Below are positions 62,518-64,000 of a stretch of DNA of 64,000 nucleotides, one piece after another. The notes beneath the pieces are model-generated. The model made no database searches, was not told the DNA's origin, and was given only the letters and a program-made list of their open reading frames with translations. Position numbers and translations under genes: made by a program. This DNA is from Cyanophora paradoxa CCMP329. Its lineage: Eukaryota > Plantae > Glaucophyta. The stretch lies in the NCBI GenBank assembly GCA_004431415.1, contig QPMI01000634.1, positions 52,751-116,750 on the forward strand, read 5' to 3'. How positions within the stretch are numbered: the first letter of the stretch is position 1; the number at the start of each line of letters is the position of its first letter.

Positions 62518-62611
62518 TTTTTTTTTGCAAAGTGCAAAAGTGGAACGTCTCATTGATACACCACGGCACATGTATCAATGTTCTACGTGACGTGCCCTTC
62601 CGACGGTCATC
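62518..62611 (-). mobile_element. Third copy of the poly(A) retroposon 3' end, truncated at a CACTG element
   Basis: T-run followed by CATTGATACACCACGGCACATGTATCAATGTTCTACGTGACGTGCCCTTCCGA. Confidence 0.8.
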
Positions 62612-62616
62612 GATAT

Positions 62617-64000
62617 CACTGGGAGCCAGAAATTAAGTTTACATATGGTAAACTTAGGGTGTGGTAAAGTTGTGCTGTTTGCGTTACACCACTGTAAAGT
62701 CACCAGGGTAAAGTCGCCGGGGTAAAGTTCAGGGTGGTAAAGTTGTGAAAAAGCGGGTAAAGACGTCGGTGTAAACTCGCCGAGGTAAAGTTGGCGAGGT
62801 AAAGACGTCGGGGTAAAACTCGCCGAGGTAATGTTGGTTTCGGTGCAGCGGTTCACTTTTTTACGTTTTTTTTTGCTTTTTTTTTTTTTTCTGTAAAAGC
62901 TATCTATAGCAGCCATCTTCAAGCGATACTGCGCGCGAGCTCTATCTAGAGCTAAGCTAATCGGTTTGATGAATGCTTCGTATTCCTGAAATCTGCAAGC
63001 TGGACGGAATTCTTCTTTTTGCGTGCGCATGCGGACTGGCGGGATGCGCACCAGCCTGGCAGGTCATTAATCAAGCTCATCTCCACCAACCTGGCTGCGG
63101 TGCGTAGTCATCTCTCCTCCTCGTCCGACGACAAGCCGGACTCATCCCCATCAGGAATATTTGATGCCACTGCTGCAGCTGATTTCCTGTGGCAAGTGTG
63201 ACAGCAGGTCCAGTGGCTCTGAACGTGATGAAGATCCTTGCTGAAGTGTCACGTCCATTGCAGTCTCCTCCTGCATCATGATGTTGCAGCAGGACACAAG
63301 GAGAGGAGAGTTAAAGAATGAACGAAACCAGGAGACGGACATTAGCGTCCTTGAAGAAGCGACCGTAATCGGCAGTCGCTCTTTCGAACTCGGGATTCTG
63401 AACGCGATGGAGCGAAGAATCGGCTTCAAATGGCGCGCGATCTCTGCCTCATCAGCCTCGTTCTGTCGATGCCGAGATTGCTGCTCGGCCTGCTCAGCCT
63501 GAAGCTTCTTCATGTCCTCATCATTCGAATTCTGACTGTCTTGGCTGGCTGCGTTCGACTTTGCTCTCATCTCTTCCTCCTCCAGCTGCCTCTTGTCCTT
63601 CCGCTCTTCCTTTTCGGCTTCAAAGGCGTCGCGGTACACCCCATTGCTCAATGACCCAGTCACCAGGCACATGAATCTACGGAATCATGAGTCAAAGTGC
63701 TAAGCCGTCAGTATTTTCATATACTTCTTACCACGTCACTGCGACTCTTTGCAGCAAATCGTGCAGCTTGTTGCTTGAGCCGAATCCGAGCTTATCAGCG
63801 ACCAAAGTCGGTGGCGTCGGCGAAACTCCAAGCAGTATGCCCTGAACAAAAGGCGTCAAACATGTCGCGGATTTTTTGCATTATTGATGCGCAATCACAT
63901 CATATCCTGATCCGCGACTGTGTCTTTCAGAGGAGTATACACTTCCGTAGGATGGATACTCTTGAAGATCGTATTCTTGCAAGCATGGCGCGTACCTGCA
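62617..64000 (+). mobile_element. Candidate CACTA/EnSpm-superfamily (CACTG) element end with GGTAAA(G/C)T subterminal repeats; runs out of the window
   Basis: CACTGGGAGCCAGAAA begins where retroposon homology stops. About a dozen GTAAA(G/C)-core repeats in 62647-62830. Confidence 0.45.
62900..64000 (-). CDS. 3' part of a spliced gene of unknown function with a charged coiled-coil region
   Basis: ORF 63151-63672 (FEAEKEERKDKRQLEEEEMR...), flanked by gt...ag introns. Model not resolved. Confidence 0.35.

Overview
Eukaryotic, GC-rich, intron-dense DNA with short introns (GT/GC donors, CTGAC-type branch points, (C)GCAG acceptors). It resembles a glaucophyte or algal protist such as Cyanophora; that assignment is inference only. 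Most ORF-track entries are GC-rich shadow ORFs. The left half (1-35.8 kb) is host-like. It holds two unknown spliced genes, a duplicated pair of secreted GPI-anchored surface-protein genes, an NTF2/SnoaL-like gene and a SETD3/Rubisco-LSMT-family SET methyltransferase gene. Between them lie clusters of TA-flanked MITEs and a poly(A)-tailed retroposon family with 18-bp TSDs. The right half (35.9-64 kb) is a mobile/repeat island that starts at a CACTG terminus. It contains a Cys-rich ORF, an ~18-copy 336-bp tandem array, a highly diverged class-III aminotransferase-fold gene and a Helitron2/Helentron-like insertion. It also contains a ~24-unit array that reads as 36-nt phase-1 microexons, a ~10-copy 291-bp array homologous to the first but inverted (with a precise empty site nearby), and a second CACTG terminus. 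Across the window, copy-to-copy comparisons show a recurrent insertion X -> X-revcomp(X)-X, which appears to explain the palindrome-saturated non-coding DNA.
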